DNA of 64,000 bases, from assembly GCA_002010065.2 (NCBI GenBank), contig MTMD02000001.1, positions 1 to 64,000 on the forward strand, written 5' to 3'. This DNA comes from Candidatus Pyrohabitans jungbluthii. GTDB taxonomy: Archaea > Hydrothermarchaeota > Hydrothermarchaeia > Hydrothermarchaeales > BMS3B. Positions 18,139-27,466 of this stretch are shown here, piece by piece. The translations under genes were made by a program, and so were the position numbers. Under the pieces are notes generated by a model. The model was not told where the DNA came from. It saw nothing but the letters and a program-made list of their open reading frames with translations, and did not search any database. Numbering within the stretch: the first letter of the stretch is position 1; every line of letters starts with the position of its first letter.

Positions 18139-19134
18139 ATGAATTTCAAACGCGTGCCCAGGATACTGGATTCTAAAGAATTGATGGACTACGCCTTTTC
18201 AAGAGCCTCAAGAGAGGCAAGAAGAGTTTCTGCTCCCGGAGCAAGACTGCAGAGGGTTAAGAAGCGAGAAGAGCGCCGAATAACTATAGCAGGTTCTTCG
18301 GTAAGGCGCTATCTGAATAGAATACTTATGAGAATCCCCCGCATTGAAGAGCTTACCCCATTCTATTACGAGCTTATAGAGACTCTAGTGGGGATGGAGA
18401 AATTCACCCATAGCCTGCGCTCCCTCAGGTGGATGGTGAATAAGATTGAGAGGCTTGAGAGGGAGTACACCCGCAAGGTGCGCTTAGCGAGGGATGAGGA
18501 CGAAGTCCACCGCCACAGGAAGGAGTTCTACGGCAGGCTCGCTTCGCTGCTTCGCAAGATTGAGCCCGAGCTTCTATTTCTGAGAGAAGCCAGAGAAAGG
18601 CTTAAAAACCTGCCAAATGTGGAGGACACCTTTACCGTGGTAATCGCAGGCGCGCCGAATGTGGGCAAGTCTTCGCTTCTGCGCCGCCTTACCGGGGCGG
18701 AGCCTAGGGTGGAGAGCTACCCCTTCACCACAAAGCAGCTTCTGCTGGGCTACTTTGAACACCACCACAGGCGAGTGCAGGTGATAGATACACCGGGCCT
18801 GCTTGACCGCAGCTTCGAGGAGATGCGCCGGGAGGAGAGGCAGTGCATCCTCGCTCTCAAGCACTTGGCAAAGCTTATAATCTTCGTATTTGACATCTCT
18901 GAAACCTGCGGCTACCCTCTGGAAGAACAGCTGCGGATATACAGAAGCATAGCAGAAAGCTTTGACGTGGGGATAATACCTGTGATCAACAAGGCAGACC
19001 TCCTAACCCTAGAAGCACTTCAAGAAGCGGCGAAGCAGGAGCCTCTAGGAAGAGCGCTGGTGTGCTCCGCAAAGGAAGGTACTGGTATAAGTGAAATAAT
19101 AGAGAAGATAACCAAAGCTATGGGCAACGAATAA
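18139..19134 (+). CDS. NOG1-family GTP-binding protein
   Basis: GAPNVGKS, YPFTT, DTPG, NKAD. Confidence 0.92.
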   Translation: MNFKRVPRILDSKELMDYAFSRASREARRVSAPGARLQRVKKREERRITIAGSSVRRYLNRILMRIPRIEELTPFYYELIETLVGMEKFTHSLRSLRWMVNKIERLEREYTRKVRLARDEDEVHRHRKEFYGRLASLLRKIEPELLFLREARERLKNLPNVEDTFTVVIAGAPNVGKSSLLRRLTGAEPRVESYPFTTKQLLLGYFEHHHRRVQVIDTPGLLDRSFEEMRREERQCILALKHLAKLIIFVFDISETCGYPLEEQLRIYRSIAESFDVGIIPVINKADLLTLEALQEAAKQEPLGRALVCSAKEGTGISEIIEKITKAMGNE

Positions 19135-19196
19135 TTTTAAATACAATTTCTATAATATTAAAATTGTTAATTAGGTATAGTTATGGAGGAGTAAAT

Positions 19197-19586
19197 ATGG
19201 CTAAAATTATGGTTGTTGATGATGAACCAGAGATGGTTTCTCTCATTAAGAAGATTCTTGAAGATGGGGGACATGAGGTAGAACCTGCATATTCTGGTCA
19301 GGAGGCGCTGGAAAAGTTGGAGTCTGGAATCAAGCCGGATTTGATTCTCCTCGATGTTATGATGCCTGGCTTAAACGGATGGGAGGTTAGCAGGAGAATT
19401 AAGGAGAGGGAGGAGACAAAGGATATCATAGTGGCCATGCTTACAATTAAGAGCGAGGATGAAGATAAGGTAACAAGCCTCGACGAAGGCCTTGCGGACT
19501 GGCACATCAGCAAGCCTTTTAAAAATGAAGAGTTACTCCGCACTGTAAACTGGCTTTTGAAGAGGCCTATAAAAAGAGAGGAGTAA
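19197..19586 (+). CDS. Stand-alone response regulator receiver
   Basis: VVDDE, LLDVMMP, SKPF. Confidence 0.9.
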   Translation: MAKIMVVDDEPEMVSLIKKILEDGGHEVEPAYSGQEALEKLESGIKPDLILLDVMMPGLNGWEVSRRIKEREETKDIIVAMLTIKSEDEDKVTSLDEGLADWHISKPFKNEELLRTVNWLLKRPIKREE

Positions 19587-19598
19587 CGGGCGGTTACC

Positions 19599-20369
19599 AT
19601 GGGCGTCTCCATAACTATATGCTCAGGAAAGGGTGGAACAGGTAAGACCACAATAACAGCGAACTTAGGCGTTGCCCTTGCGCAGCTGGGTAAGGAGGTT
19701 TTAATCCTTGATGCCGACATAGAAATGGCAAACTTGGAGCTTATTCTTGGCCTGGAAGATGCAAAAATTACGCTTCATCACGTGCTCGCAGGTGAGGCAG
19801 ACATTAGTGAAGCCATTTACGAAGGTCCCGCCGGCGTTAGGGTGGTTCCAGCAGGCATATCCCTGGAAACCCTGAAAAAGGCAGACCCTGATAGGCTGGA
19901 TTCCGTCCTAGAAGCTCTCAAGAATGTTGAGATTCTGCTAATCGATGCCCCTGCGGGGCTGGGTAGGAGCGTGCTGACAGCGCTCTCGACAGCTCAAGAA
20001 GCGCTGCTGGTGGTAAATCCAGAGATATCTTCAATGAGCGATGCCCTGAAAACAAAAATCGTCGCCAAAAAGCTTGGAACTCACATTCTTGGTGCTGTTC
20101 TAAACCGGGCGACCTTCGACAGCAGCGACCTCACGGTGAAAGAGGTGGAGATGATTCTGGAAACGCGAATACTCGCTGTGGTACCGGAAGACCCAGAGGT
20201 GCGTCGCAGCGCAGCCTTTGGTCAGCCATTTGTAATCCGCGCCCCGAATTCCCAAGCTGCGCAGGCGATTAAGAAGCTTGCCGCAGACCTAGTAGGGGAG
20301 GAGTACATACCACCTAAGCCCAAGGTATCCTTTATGAAGCGCCTCCTCAAGGGGCTCTTTGGCAGGTGA
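19599..20369 (+). CDS. minD: Archaeal MinD ATPase
   Basis: [25 protein letters not shown]-terminal amphipathic [11 protein letters not shown]. Confidence 0.9.
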   Translation: MGVSITICSGKGGTGKTTITANLGVALAQLGKEVLILDADIEMANLELILGLEDAKITLHHVLAGEADISEAIYEGPAGVRVVPAGISLETLKKADPDRLDSVLEALKNVEILLIDAPAGLGRSVLTALSTAQEALLVVNPEISSMSDALKTKIVAKKLGTHILGAVLNRATFDSSDLTVKEVEMILETRILAVVPEDPEVRRSAAFGQPFVIRAPNSQAAQAIKKLAADLVGEEYIPPKPKVSFMKRLLKGLFGR

Positions 20370-20432
20370 ATATCTGCTCAGCGTTTCTGGCTCTTGAAAG
20401 TTTTTCACTGACAAATGAGGGGAAGGCTACAT

Positions 20433-20849
20433 ATGGATTACGAGACCTTTGATCACGAGGCGGATATAGGCGTTAGAGGGTATGGCAACACCTTAGAGGA
20501 AGCCTTTGAAAACGCAGCTAGAGCTATGTTCTCTGTTATGGTGGACTTGAGCAAGGTTAAACCGGTGAAAAAATTTCACATAAAGGCCGAGGCGCCCGAC
20601 GCAGAGACACTGCTTGTAGAGTGGCTCAACCAACTTCTCGCTATTGCAGACCTAGAGGGTTACCTCTTCTCAGACTTCAAGGTGAAAATTTTGCAGGACG
20701 GCACTCACCTGGAGGGCTACGCCATAGGCGAGCCCATAGACACAGAAAGGCACGAGATAAGCGTCGAGGTCAAAGGTGCAACCTACTCTATGCTTGAAGT
20801 TGGTAAAGAGGATGGAAGATATAAGGCGCAGTGTGTGGTGGACGTTTAG
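20433..20849 (+). CDS. Archease
   Basis: DHEADIG, VKGATY, terminal VDV; directly upstream of rtcB. Confidence 0.92.
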   Translation: MDYETFDHEADIGVRGYGNTLEEAFENAARAMFSVMVDLSKVKPVKKFHIKAEAPDAETLLVEWLNQLLAIADLEGYLFSDFKVKILQDGTHLEGYAIGEPIDTERHEISVEVKGATYSMLEVGKEDGRYKAQCVVDV

Positions 20850-20860
20850 AGGTGGTGGAG

Positions 20861-22291
20861 ATGGATTTGAAATTCCTTGAGAGGAAAGGTGAATATGAAT
20901 GGGAGATTCCCAAGACTGGAGACATGAATGTCCCTGGTAAAATATTCGCATCACGCAAGCTCATTGAGGACATGGACGACAAGGTGCGGGAGCAGATAAC
21001 CAACGTCGCCTGCTTGCCTGGGATTCAGAAGGCTTCGCTTGCTATGCCAGACGCGCATTGGGGGTACGGCTTTCCTATAGGCGGAGTAGGTGCCTTTGAC
21101 CCCGAGGAGGACGGCGTTATCTGCATGGGCGGCATCGGCTTCGACATCTCCTGCGGAGTTCGCACGCTGAGAACCGGGATGAGCCTAGAGGAGATTAAAC
21201 CGAAAATTGAAGAGCTTGCCGAAGCGTTATACCGCAAGGTGCCGGCAGGGCTTGGAAGCAAGGGAAAGCTCTCGCTGAGTATAAGTGAAATCGACGATGT
21301 TCTTCGCGGCGGCGCTGTGTGGGCTGTGGAACAGGGCTATGGCTACGAGGAAGACCTGGAGTACATAGAGGAGCAGGGCAGAATGGAAGGGGCAAAGCCG
21401 GAGAACGTTTCCCACATGGCGAAGAAGAGGCAGCTCCGTGAGGTTGGCACCCTTGGCTCGGGAAATCACTACCTCGAGGTGCAGTACGTGAGTGAGGTAT
21501 ACGATGAAGACGCCGCCAAAGCTTACGGGCTAGAGAAAAACAGCGTGGTTATATCTGTGCATTGCGGCTCCCGCGCTCTCGGGCACCAGATAGGTATGGA
21601 CTACATAAAGGAGCTTTACAAAACTGCCAAAAAGTACGGGATACCCATTAAAGACAGAGAGCTTGCGTGTGCCCCGATTAACTCTCCAGAGGGGCAGAAG
21701 TATTTCTCAGCTGTAGCCGCTGGAATAAACTGCGCCCTCGCGAATCGCCAGGTAATAGCCCACCTGGTCAGGCAAGTCTTTGAGGAGGTCATGCCAGAAG
21801 CCAAGGTGGAGATGCTCTACGACATAAGCCACAACACCTGCAAGGTGGAAGAACACGTCGTAGATGGGGAGCGCAAAACGCTATACGTGCACCGCAAGGG
21901 CTCCACCCGTGCATTAGGTCCTGGAAGGAAAGAGATTCCAAAGGCTTACCGCGACGTGGGTCAGCCGGTGCTCATAGGCGGCACCATGGGTACGTTCTCC
22001 TTCATACTCAGGGGCACCTCAGAGGGGCTAGAGAAAGCCTTCGGGAGTGCATGCCACGGCGCTGGCAGGGCAACAAGTAGGAAGCAGGCGAAGCGAGTCT
22101 TTCGAGGCGAGCGCATTATTCAGGAGCTTAGAAGCAGAGGCATAATAATAAAAGCCCACTCGTATGCGGGCGTAGCCGAGGAGGCACCGGGGGCGTACAA
22201 GGATGTGGAAGAGGTGGTTAACGCCGTGCACAACGCTGGTTTGGCAAAGAAGGTGGTGAAGCTGAGACCACTTGCATGCATAAAAGGATAG
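20861..22291 (+). CDS. rtcB: tRNA-splicing ligase RtcB
   Basis: MPDAHWGYGFPIGG, DISCG, GSGNHY, HRKG, SACHGAGR, EAPGAYK. Confidence 0.96.
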   Translation: MDLKFLERKGEYEWEIPKTGDMNVPGKIFASRKLIEDMDDKVREQITNVACLPGIQKASLAMPDAHWGYGFPIGGVGAFDPEEDGVICMGGIGFDISCGVRTLRTGMSLEEIKPKIEELAEALYRKVPAGLGSKGKLSLSISEIDDVLRGGAVWAVEQGYGYEEDLEYIEEQGRMEGAKPENVSHMAKKRQLREVGTLGSGNHYLEVQYVSEVYDEDAAKAYGLEKNSVVISVHCGSRALGHQIGMDYIKELYKTAKKYGIPIKDRELACAPINSPEGQKYFSAVAAGINCALANRQVIAHLVRQVFEEVMPEAKVEMLYDISHNTCKVEEHVVDGERKTLYVHRKGSTRALGPGRKEIPKAYRDVGQPVLIGGTMGTFSFILRGTSEGLEKAFGSACHGAGRATSRKQAKRVFRGERIIQELRSRGIIIKAHSYAGVAEEAPGAYKDVEEVVNAVHNAGLAKKVVKLRPLACIKG

Positions 22292-22346
22292 GGTTTTTAT
22301 ACCAGATGTTAATAAATTACAATTATTAAAATAATGTGGTAGTGAA

Positions 22347-22709
22347 ATGGCAAAAATTCTTTTTGTAGATGACGAGCCCGATATAGGGTTGCTCGTTACC
22401 AAGATATTGGAAGATTTTGGGCACGATATAAAGTGGGTCTCCAGTGCAAAGGAATGCTTCGAAGTTTTAGATGTGTACAAACCTGATCTGGTGATAATGG
22501 ACATTTTTATGCCAGGCCCAAATGGTATAGAGGCAGCGAAGGAAATAAAAGCGCAGCATCCAGAGATGCCTGTGCTAATGTTCTCCATAATGTACATAAC
22601 CGAAGACATAAACGAAGCGATGCAGGTCTCGGGCGCCGACGACTTCCTTGGCAAGCCCTTTGAGAGAAAGGAGCTTCTTGAGAGGGTGGAAAAACTTCTG
22701 CACAGTTGA
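22347..22709 (+). CDS. Stand-alone response regulator receiver
   Basis: VDDE, MDIFMP, KPF. Confidence 0.9.
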   Translation: MAKILFVDDEPDIGLLVTKILEDFGHDIKWVSSAKECFEVLDVYKPDLVIMDIFMPGPNGIEAAKEIKAQHPEMPVLMFSIMYITEDINEAMQVSGADDFLGKPFERKELLERVEKLLHS

Positions 22710-22722
22710 GAGGGAGGAGAGT

Positions 22723-23931
22723 GTGCCAGGTATAGGCGAGACCGAGATTTTAGAGACCATTTTAACGCTGTGTCTCTTGATATTCGCAGCCAAAGGTGGC
22801 GGAGAGATTGCGCAGCGCTTCGGTGTAGCCGCAGTGGTTGGTGAGCTCCTTGCAGGTGTGCTTCTCGCTCCCACGTTGCTCGGCAGTACAGAGCTTTTTG
22901 GTCACAGGCTGGTGATTATCAATGACACCGTGAAGGTGTTCGCTGAAATTGGAGCGATCCTCCTACTCTTTCTCATAGGCCTTGAGATGCGGTTCGCCGA
23001 GTTCAGAAAAACTGGCGTAACGGCTGTGGGCGTGGCACTGGGAGGGATATTTCTTCCCTTTACCCTGGGGTACTACTTTGTGCTGCTTGCTGGTGGCACA
23101 AACCATGAGGCAATGCTTATAGGCGCCGCCCTCACGGCGACGAGCATCGCAATAACCGCTAAAACGCTCTACGACATGGGTAAAGACAGAACCCCCGAGA
23201 GCAGAATAATAATCAGCGCGGCTGTATTTGACGATGTGCTTGGGCTGGTGGTTTTGGCTGTGGTGCTAGCGGTGATTCAGAGCGGGGGCATTACTCTTGG
23301 AGATACTCTTATAATCGCTGCCAAGGCTATCGGCATGTGGATACTTCTAATCCTTACTGGAATTTTCATCTTCTCGCGAATCGTAACCACAACTGCGCCC
23401 TTTATAAGGACAAAGGGCAGTCTCGAGGCTCTCGCAGTGGCGTCCTGCTTTGGCTTCGCTTACTTAAGCGGCATTGCTGGCTTAGCGCCCATCCTTGGAG
23501 CCTTCGCCGCTGGCATGGCTATAGCTGAGACCAACCTCATCAAGAGTATTCACGAGTTTATAGAGAAGGTGAATTTTATGATGGCACCCCTCTTCTTTAC
23601 GGTTATAGGTACGCAGGTTGACCTCACTTCTCTCAGTGTGACTTCCCTAGGCTTTGTCATTATGCTTTTTATAATAGCAGTGTTCAGCAAGGTCGTCGGC
23701 TGTGGTTTGCCAGTATATTTCTCCACCAAAAGAGTTAAGAGTTCTGCCATCGTTGGCGTTGGCATGGTTTCGCGAGGCGAGGTGGGGCTCATAATCGCAG
23801 GAATAGGTGCCACTTCGGGGATTCTATCCCAGGAAGTTTTCTCGGCTGCAGTGCTTGTTATACTCGCAACCACTGTGCTTACCCCTATAGTCCTGAAAAG
23901 ACTTTTCGCAGTCCCTAAGTCGGTCTCCTGA
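22723..23931 (+). CDS. Cation:proton antiporter (CPA2 family)
   Basis: Multi-TM; ATSIAIT, AAVFDD, GAFAAG, MVSRGEVGL. Confidence 0.9.
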   Translation: MPGIGETEILETILTLCLLIFAAKGGGEIAQRFGVAAVVGELLAGVLLAPTLLGSTELFGHRLVIINDTVKVFAEIGAILLLFLIGLEMRFAEFRKTGVTAVGVALGGIFLPFTLGYYFVLLAGGTNHEAMLIGAALTATSIAITAKTLYDMGKDRTPESRIIISAAVFDDVLGLVVLAVVLAVIQSGGITLGDTLIIAAKAIGMWILLILTGIFIFSRIVTTTAPFIRTKGSLEALAVASCFGFAYLSGIAGLAPILGAFAAGMAIAETNLIKSIHEFIEKVNFMMAPLFFTVIGTQVDLTSLSVTSLGFVIMLFIIAVFSKVVGCGLPVYFSTKRVKSSAIVGVGMVSRGEVGLIIAGIGATSGILSQEVFSAAVLVILATTVLTPIVLKRLFAVPKSVS

Positions 23932-23986
23932 GATCCTTTTTTGCAAGATTCCTGGGCAACATTTTTCTTTTGCAGCATTATAAAAA

Positions 23987-24244
23987 GTGGAGCTTTTAGA
24001 AAAATTTAAGTTCCGTGCCGAAGAGATGCAAATAAGGGAGATGAGTCTAGAAGAGCTTGAGGACTTCAGAAATGAAATCTCTGGCAAGGTCAAAGCAGAG
24101 CAGATTCGCGAGACAAAGGCGAGCGTTGTTGCCACAGCGTGCGCCAACTGCAAGAAGCAGCTTCATGAAATAAGTGAGCACTACAGGCTTGGAGTTGAAG
24201 TAGTTGGAGTAAGCGACCTGGCAGCGCAGGCTCTCACAGGGTAG
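23987..24244 (+). pseudogene. C-terminal fragment of a CCG-domain Fe-S oxidoreductase (HdrD/DsrK-like)
   Basis: KAEQIRETKASVVATACANCKKQL matches the end of a CCG domain; the rest of the gene is missing. Confidence 0.55.
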
Positions 24245-24400
24245 CCTGCTTTACTTTTTCTTCCTGCCCTAAGGTTTTTAATCCTTCAAGCCAATCCTTC
24301 TTATTACCCTCATCAGCTGGTAATCCAAAATTATTTATACTCGAAGCTCTTTGGGTTTATTGTAATTGTGTCCAAACTGTGCACAGTTGCAGGTGGTAGA

Positions 24401-25312
24401 ATGGAGGAGTACGACATCATCGTCATTGGTGGTGGACCCGCAGGCTTAAGCGCAGGCCTGTACGCCGCTCGGGCTAACAAGCGCACGCTGATTCTTGACA
24501 AGCCCGGAGAGGGCGCCCTCAAGAAGGTTGAAGTCCTGGATAATTATCTTGGCTTTCCTGATGGGATAACCGGAAAGGAGCTTCTTGAGCTGGGCAGGAG
24601 GCAGGTTGAGCGCTTCGGCGCAAAGATTTTGGAGGAAGAGGCGATAGCGATTAAGCCGGGTGAAGATGGGCGCTACATCGTCGAAACTGCTGAGGCTGAG
24701 TATTCCTGCGAAGGGGTTATCATCGCCACCGGCGTAAAGCACGAGAAGCCCAGGGTTAAAAACCTGGATAAATTTGAGGGGCGAGGCGTAAGTTACTGCG
24801 TGACCTGCGATGGATTCTTCTTCCGCGACGCTAAGGTAGGTGTATTGGGCTCCCGCGACTACGCAGCCAAGGAGGCGCTGGAGCTTCTAAACTACACCAA
24901 GAGCATAACCCTCTTCACCAATGGAAAGGAGCTTGAGGTAAGGGAATCGCTGAGGAAAAAGCTGGAAGAAAACAACATAGAGGTCGTGAAGGAGGAGATC
25001 GACGAGCTTATTGGCGAGGAGACGCTTGCTGGAGTTAAGCTAAAGAACGGCGAGGTTCGCGAGCTTCGCGGTTTGTTCGTTGCTGTAGGCACAAGCGGAG
25101 CCACCGACTTTGCGCGCACCCTGGGTATTATGGTGGAGGGCTCGGCGATAGTGGTGGACAAGAACCAGAGCACTGGCATTCCTCGCATTTATGCAGCGGG
25201 CGACTGCACCGGTGGTAACCGCCAGGTGGCAGTCGCGGTAGGAGAGGGCGCCAATGCTGCCATTAACCTGATAAGCGAACTAAAGGGTACGAAGCATGTG
25301 GATTACCATTAA
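24401..25312 (+). CDS. trxB: Thioredoxin reductase (FAD-dependent)
   Basis: GGGPAG, GVSYCVTCDG, IYAAGD. Confidence 0.88.
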   Translation: MEEYDIIVIGGGPAGLSAGLYAARANKRTLILDKPGEGALKKVEVLDNYLGFPDGITGKELLELGRRQVERFGAKILEEEAIAIKPGEDGRYIVETAEAEYSCEGVIIATGVKHEKPRVKNLDKFEGRGVSYCVTCDGFFFRDAKVGVLGSRDYAAKEALELLNYTKSITLFTNGKELEVRESLRKKLEENNIEVVKEEIDELIGEETLAGVKLKNGEVRELRGLFVAVGTSGATDFARTLGIMVEGSAIVVDKNQSTGIPRIYAAGDCTGGNRQVAVAVGEGANAAINLISELKGTKHVDYH

Positions 25313-25324
25313 GGGGGCAGGCGA

Positions 25325-25687
25325 ATGAAAAACCTCCCTGACCTCAAAACCCCCTTCCGGGAGATGTCGGTAATAGATATAATGCGCTGCATGTTCGGGC
25401 TGAAGAGCTTTGAGACTGAGATTTACCTAGAGCTGGTGAACAAGGGCTCGCTTACAGTCAACGACCTGGTTGCCAAGTTCGGCAAGGACAGGAGCACGAT
25501 ACAGCGAGCGCTGCAGAATTTAACTATCGCGGGCTTGATCTACCGGGAGCAGAAGAACATCAAAAACGGAGGCTACTACTACGTTTACCACGCTGCGCCC
25601 TTCGATGAGATTAAGGACACAATGAAGGCGAGCATCCTCAAGTGGTGCGACGCTGTTATAAAGTGGATTGACGAGCTCAACCCCTAA
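25325..25687 (+). CDS. TrmB-like HTH transcriptional regulator
   Basis: C.FGL...DRSTIQRALQNL..GL...GGYYYVY. Confidence 0.8.
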   Translation: MKNLPDLKTPFREMSVIDIMRCMFGLKSFETEIYLELVNKGSLTVNDLVAKFGKDRSTIQRALQNLTIAGLIYREQKNIKNGGYYYVYHAAPFDEIKDTMKASILKWCDAVIKWIDELNP

Positions 25688-25914
25688 TACTCCGCTGCCA
25701 CCAGGGTTTTTGTGGAGGTAACCTCCGGTATAGACCTTATCCTGTCCACTGCCTGGTTTAGCTCCTTCAGTGACTCTGCCTCTATTATTGCTATGAAGTC
25801 ATACTCGCCGAAAAGCTGCATCGCCTCCCTCACGCCCCTAACCTGAGGCAGCTTTTTTCTCACTTCCGCCTCTCCTCCCACCTCCACGCAGATAAGGCAA
25901 ATGCCTTTGACCAT
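25684..25914 (-). CDS. Lrp/AsnC ligand-binding domain protein
   Basis: LFGEYDFIA...IRSIPEV.ST.T. Confidence 0.85.
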   Translation of the reverse strand: MVKGICLICVEVGGEAEVRKKLPQVRGVREAMQLFGEYDFIAIIEAESLKELNQAVDRIRSIPEVTSTKTLVAAEY

Positions 25915-26003
25915 AGCAAGATATTGGCTCAGGATATTAAAAATTTTATGATAGGATTACCTTACAACGGCATTTCTTTGCCATAGGGAGGGTGGTGATA
26001 TGT

Positions 26004-26384
26004 ATGAGGGTTAAGGAGATAATGACCAAAGAGCTGATTTATGTTAAGCCAGATACCAGCGTGGTAGAAGCCGCAAAAAGGATGAAGAGCGCAAACATCC
26101 ATGCTGTACTTGTTGTGCAGGAGGGGAAGCTTGTGGGTATAGTTGTGGACAGAGACCTCGTTCTGAAAGTACTGGCAGAAGGTCTCGACCCTGCAGAAAC
26201 CAGAATCAGGGAAATAATGACAAAAGACCCAATTACAGTGGAACCTGAAACTGATGTTATAGAAGCGGCAAAACTCATGAGAGAGCACAGAGTCTCGCGT
26301 CTGCCTGTTGTTGAGCAGGACGGCAGGGTTATAGGCATAGTTTCTGAGGTGGACTTCCCCACAATCATCAGCAAACTGGAGTGA
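26004..26384 (+). CDS. CBS-domain protein
   Basis: Two CBS repeats (VKEIMT, LVGIV, RLPVV). Confidence 0.9.
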   Translation: MRVKEIMTKELIYVKPDTSVVEAAKRMKSANIHAVLVVQEGKLVGIVVDRDLVLKVLAEGLDPAETRIREIMTKDPITVEPETDVIEAAKLMREHRVSRLPVVEQDGRVIGIVSEVDFPTIISKLE

Positions 26385-26409
26385 ACCTCATCCAAAATTT
26401 TATTAAGGA

Positions 26410-26721
26410 GTGGTAAAATTTTCGCTCATGGACCTGAGCAAGCTGCCCTTCGACATCAAGAGCATTAAACCGGGAGAGTTTGCATACCTCACAAAGAGGA
26501 AGCTGAAGAACAAAGAAGGCGAGGAGAAGGGGGAGATAATCCTCTGGAAGAGGCAGGGAAGCGAAGAGAGCGAGTTTATGCTCCACTGCCCCTTCTGCAG
26601 CGAGGAGAACACAGGCAAAGTGGTGCTCAAGCGCCGTCCTTACCGGGTGCGTTGCCCCAGCTGCAACCGCAGCATAGCTTTGCCTAAGTTAGCTGACCAG
26701 GCGAAGAGGGAGAGTCGCTAG
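26410..26721 (+). CDS. Hypothetical zinc-ribbon protein
   Basis: CPFC and CPSC pairs; fills the gap between genes. Confidence 0.65.
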   Translation: MVKFSLMDLSKLPFDIKSIKPGEFAYLTKRKLKNKEGEEKGEIILWKRQGSEESEFMLHCPFCSEENTGKVVLKRRPYRVRCPSCNRSIALPKLADQAKRESR

Positions 26722-27410
26722 CGTAGCGTTTTTTCACACGCCTGCGCAAGGGAGCAGCGCTCGCACTTAGCTTCTCTGCCCGGAGCAGGGTGCACCTCGC
26801 CATTCAGTATGCCCACAGCCCTCTCGAGTATGGGCAAAAACGTTTTGGCACTGTAGCTTTTAGGCTGCGAGGCAAATAGCACCTCTCTCGTTAAGCGATG
26901 CCTCTCAATCACCATATACTTGACCTCCAGGTGGGAGAACATACCTTTACCGAGCCAGCACGTAGCTTTGCCAAAGGCATAACCTGCTAAGCCAGCCTTT
27001 AAGGCGTGGCAATAACCTGAGAGCTGGTACTCGTGGCTCTTTCTAAGCTTCCCATAGCTCCTGAAGACGAACTTCTCCTCCAGCACCAGAGCCTCGCTGC
27101 CACGCTTAACCAGCTTGTCCACCTGGCCGCGAAAGAAATAACCATCATGGGCAAACGCTACTCTCAACGCCTCCCTGGGAAGCACCAACACACTTGCTGC
27201 GTCGCGCAGCCTCTCTTTAAGCGCCGGGATTTCCTCTCTTCCAAAACGCTTCGCTTCGTCGAGCTTCCTCGATAGCGAATGCTGCCTTGCTCCGGCGCGC
27301 ATCGCCCTGGTGGGTGCTGGCTTAACACCCAGCACCTGTGTCATATAGAAGTAGCGCTCGCAGTATCCCAGCGAAGCGAAGGCGCTGATGGGGATAATCC
27401 TGCGTAGCAT
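26718..27410 (-). CDS. Solo Cas4-like/RecB-family nuclease
   Basis: N-terminal YCER, GQVD, EEK, YQLSGY, C-terminal CERCSLAQAC. Confidence 0.7.
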   Translation of the reverse strand: MLRRIIPISAFASLGYCERYFYMTQVLGVKPAPTRAMRAGARQHSLSRKLDEAKRFGREEIPALKERLRDAASVLVLPREALRVAFAHDGYFFRGQVDKLVKRGSEALVLEEKFVFRSYGKLRKSHEYQLSGYCHALKAGLAGYAFGKATCWLGKGMFSHLEVKYMVIERHRLTREVLFASQPKSYSAKTFLPILERAVGILNGEVHPAPGREAKCERCSLAQACEKTLR

Positions 27411-27466
27411 GTGTATTGATAAAGAAGCAAGCGTATTATCCTCAGCGCTAGAGCGCAGGAAAAGTG

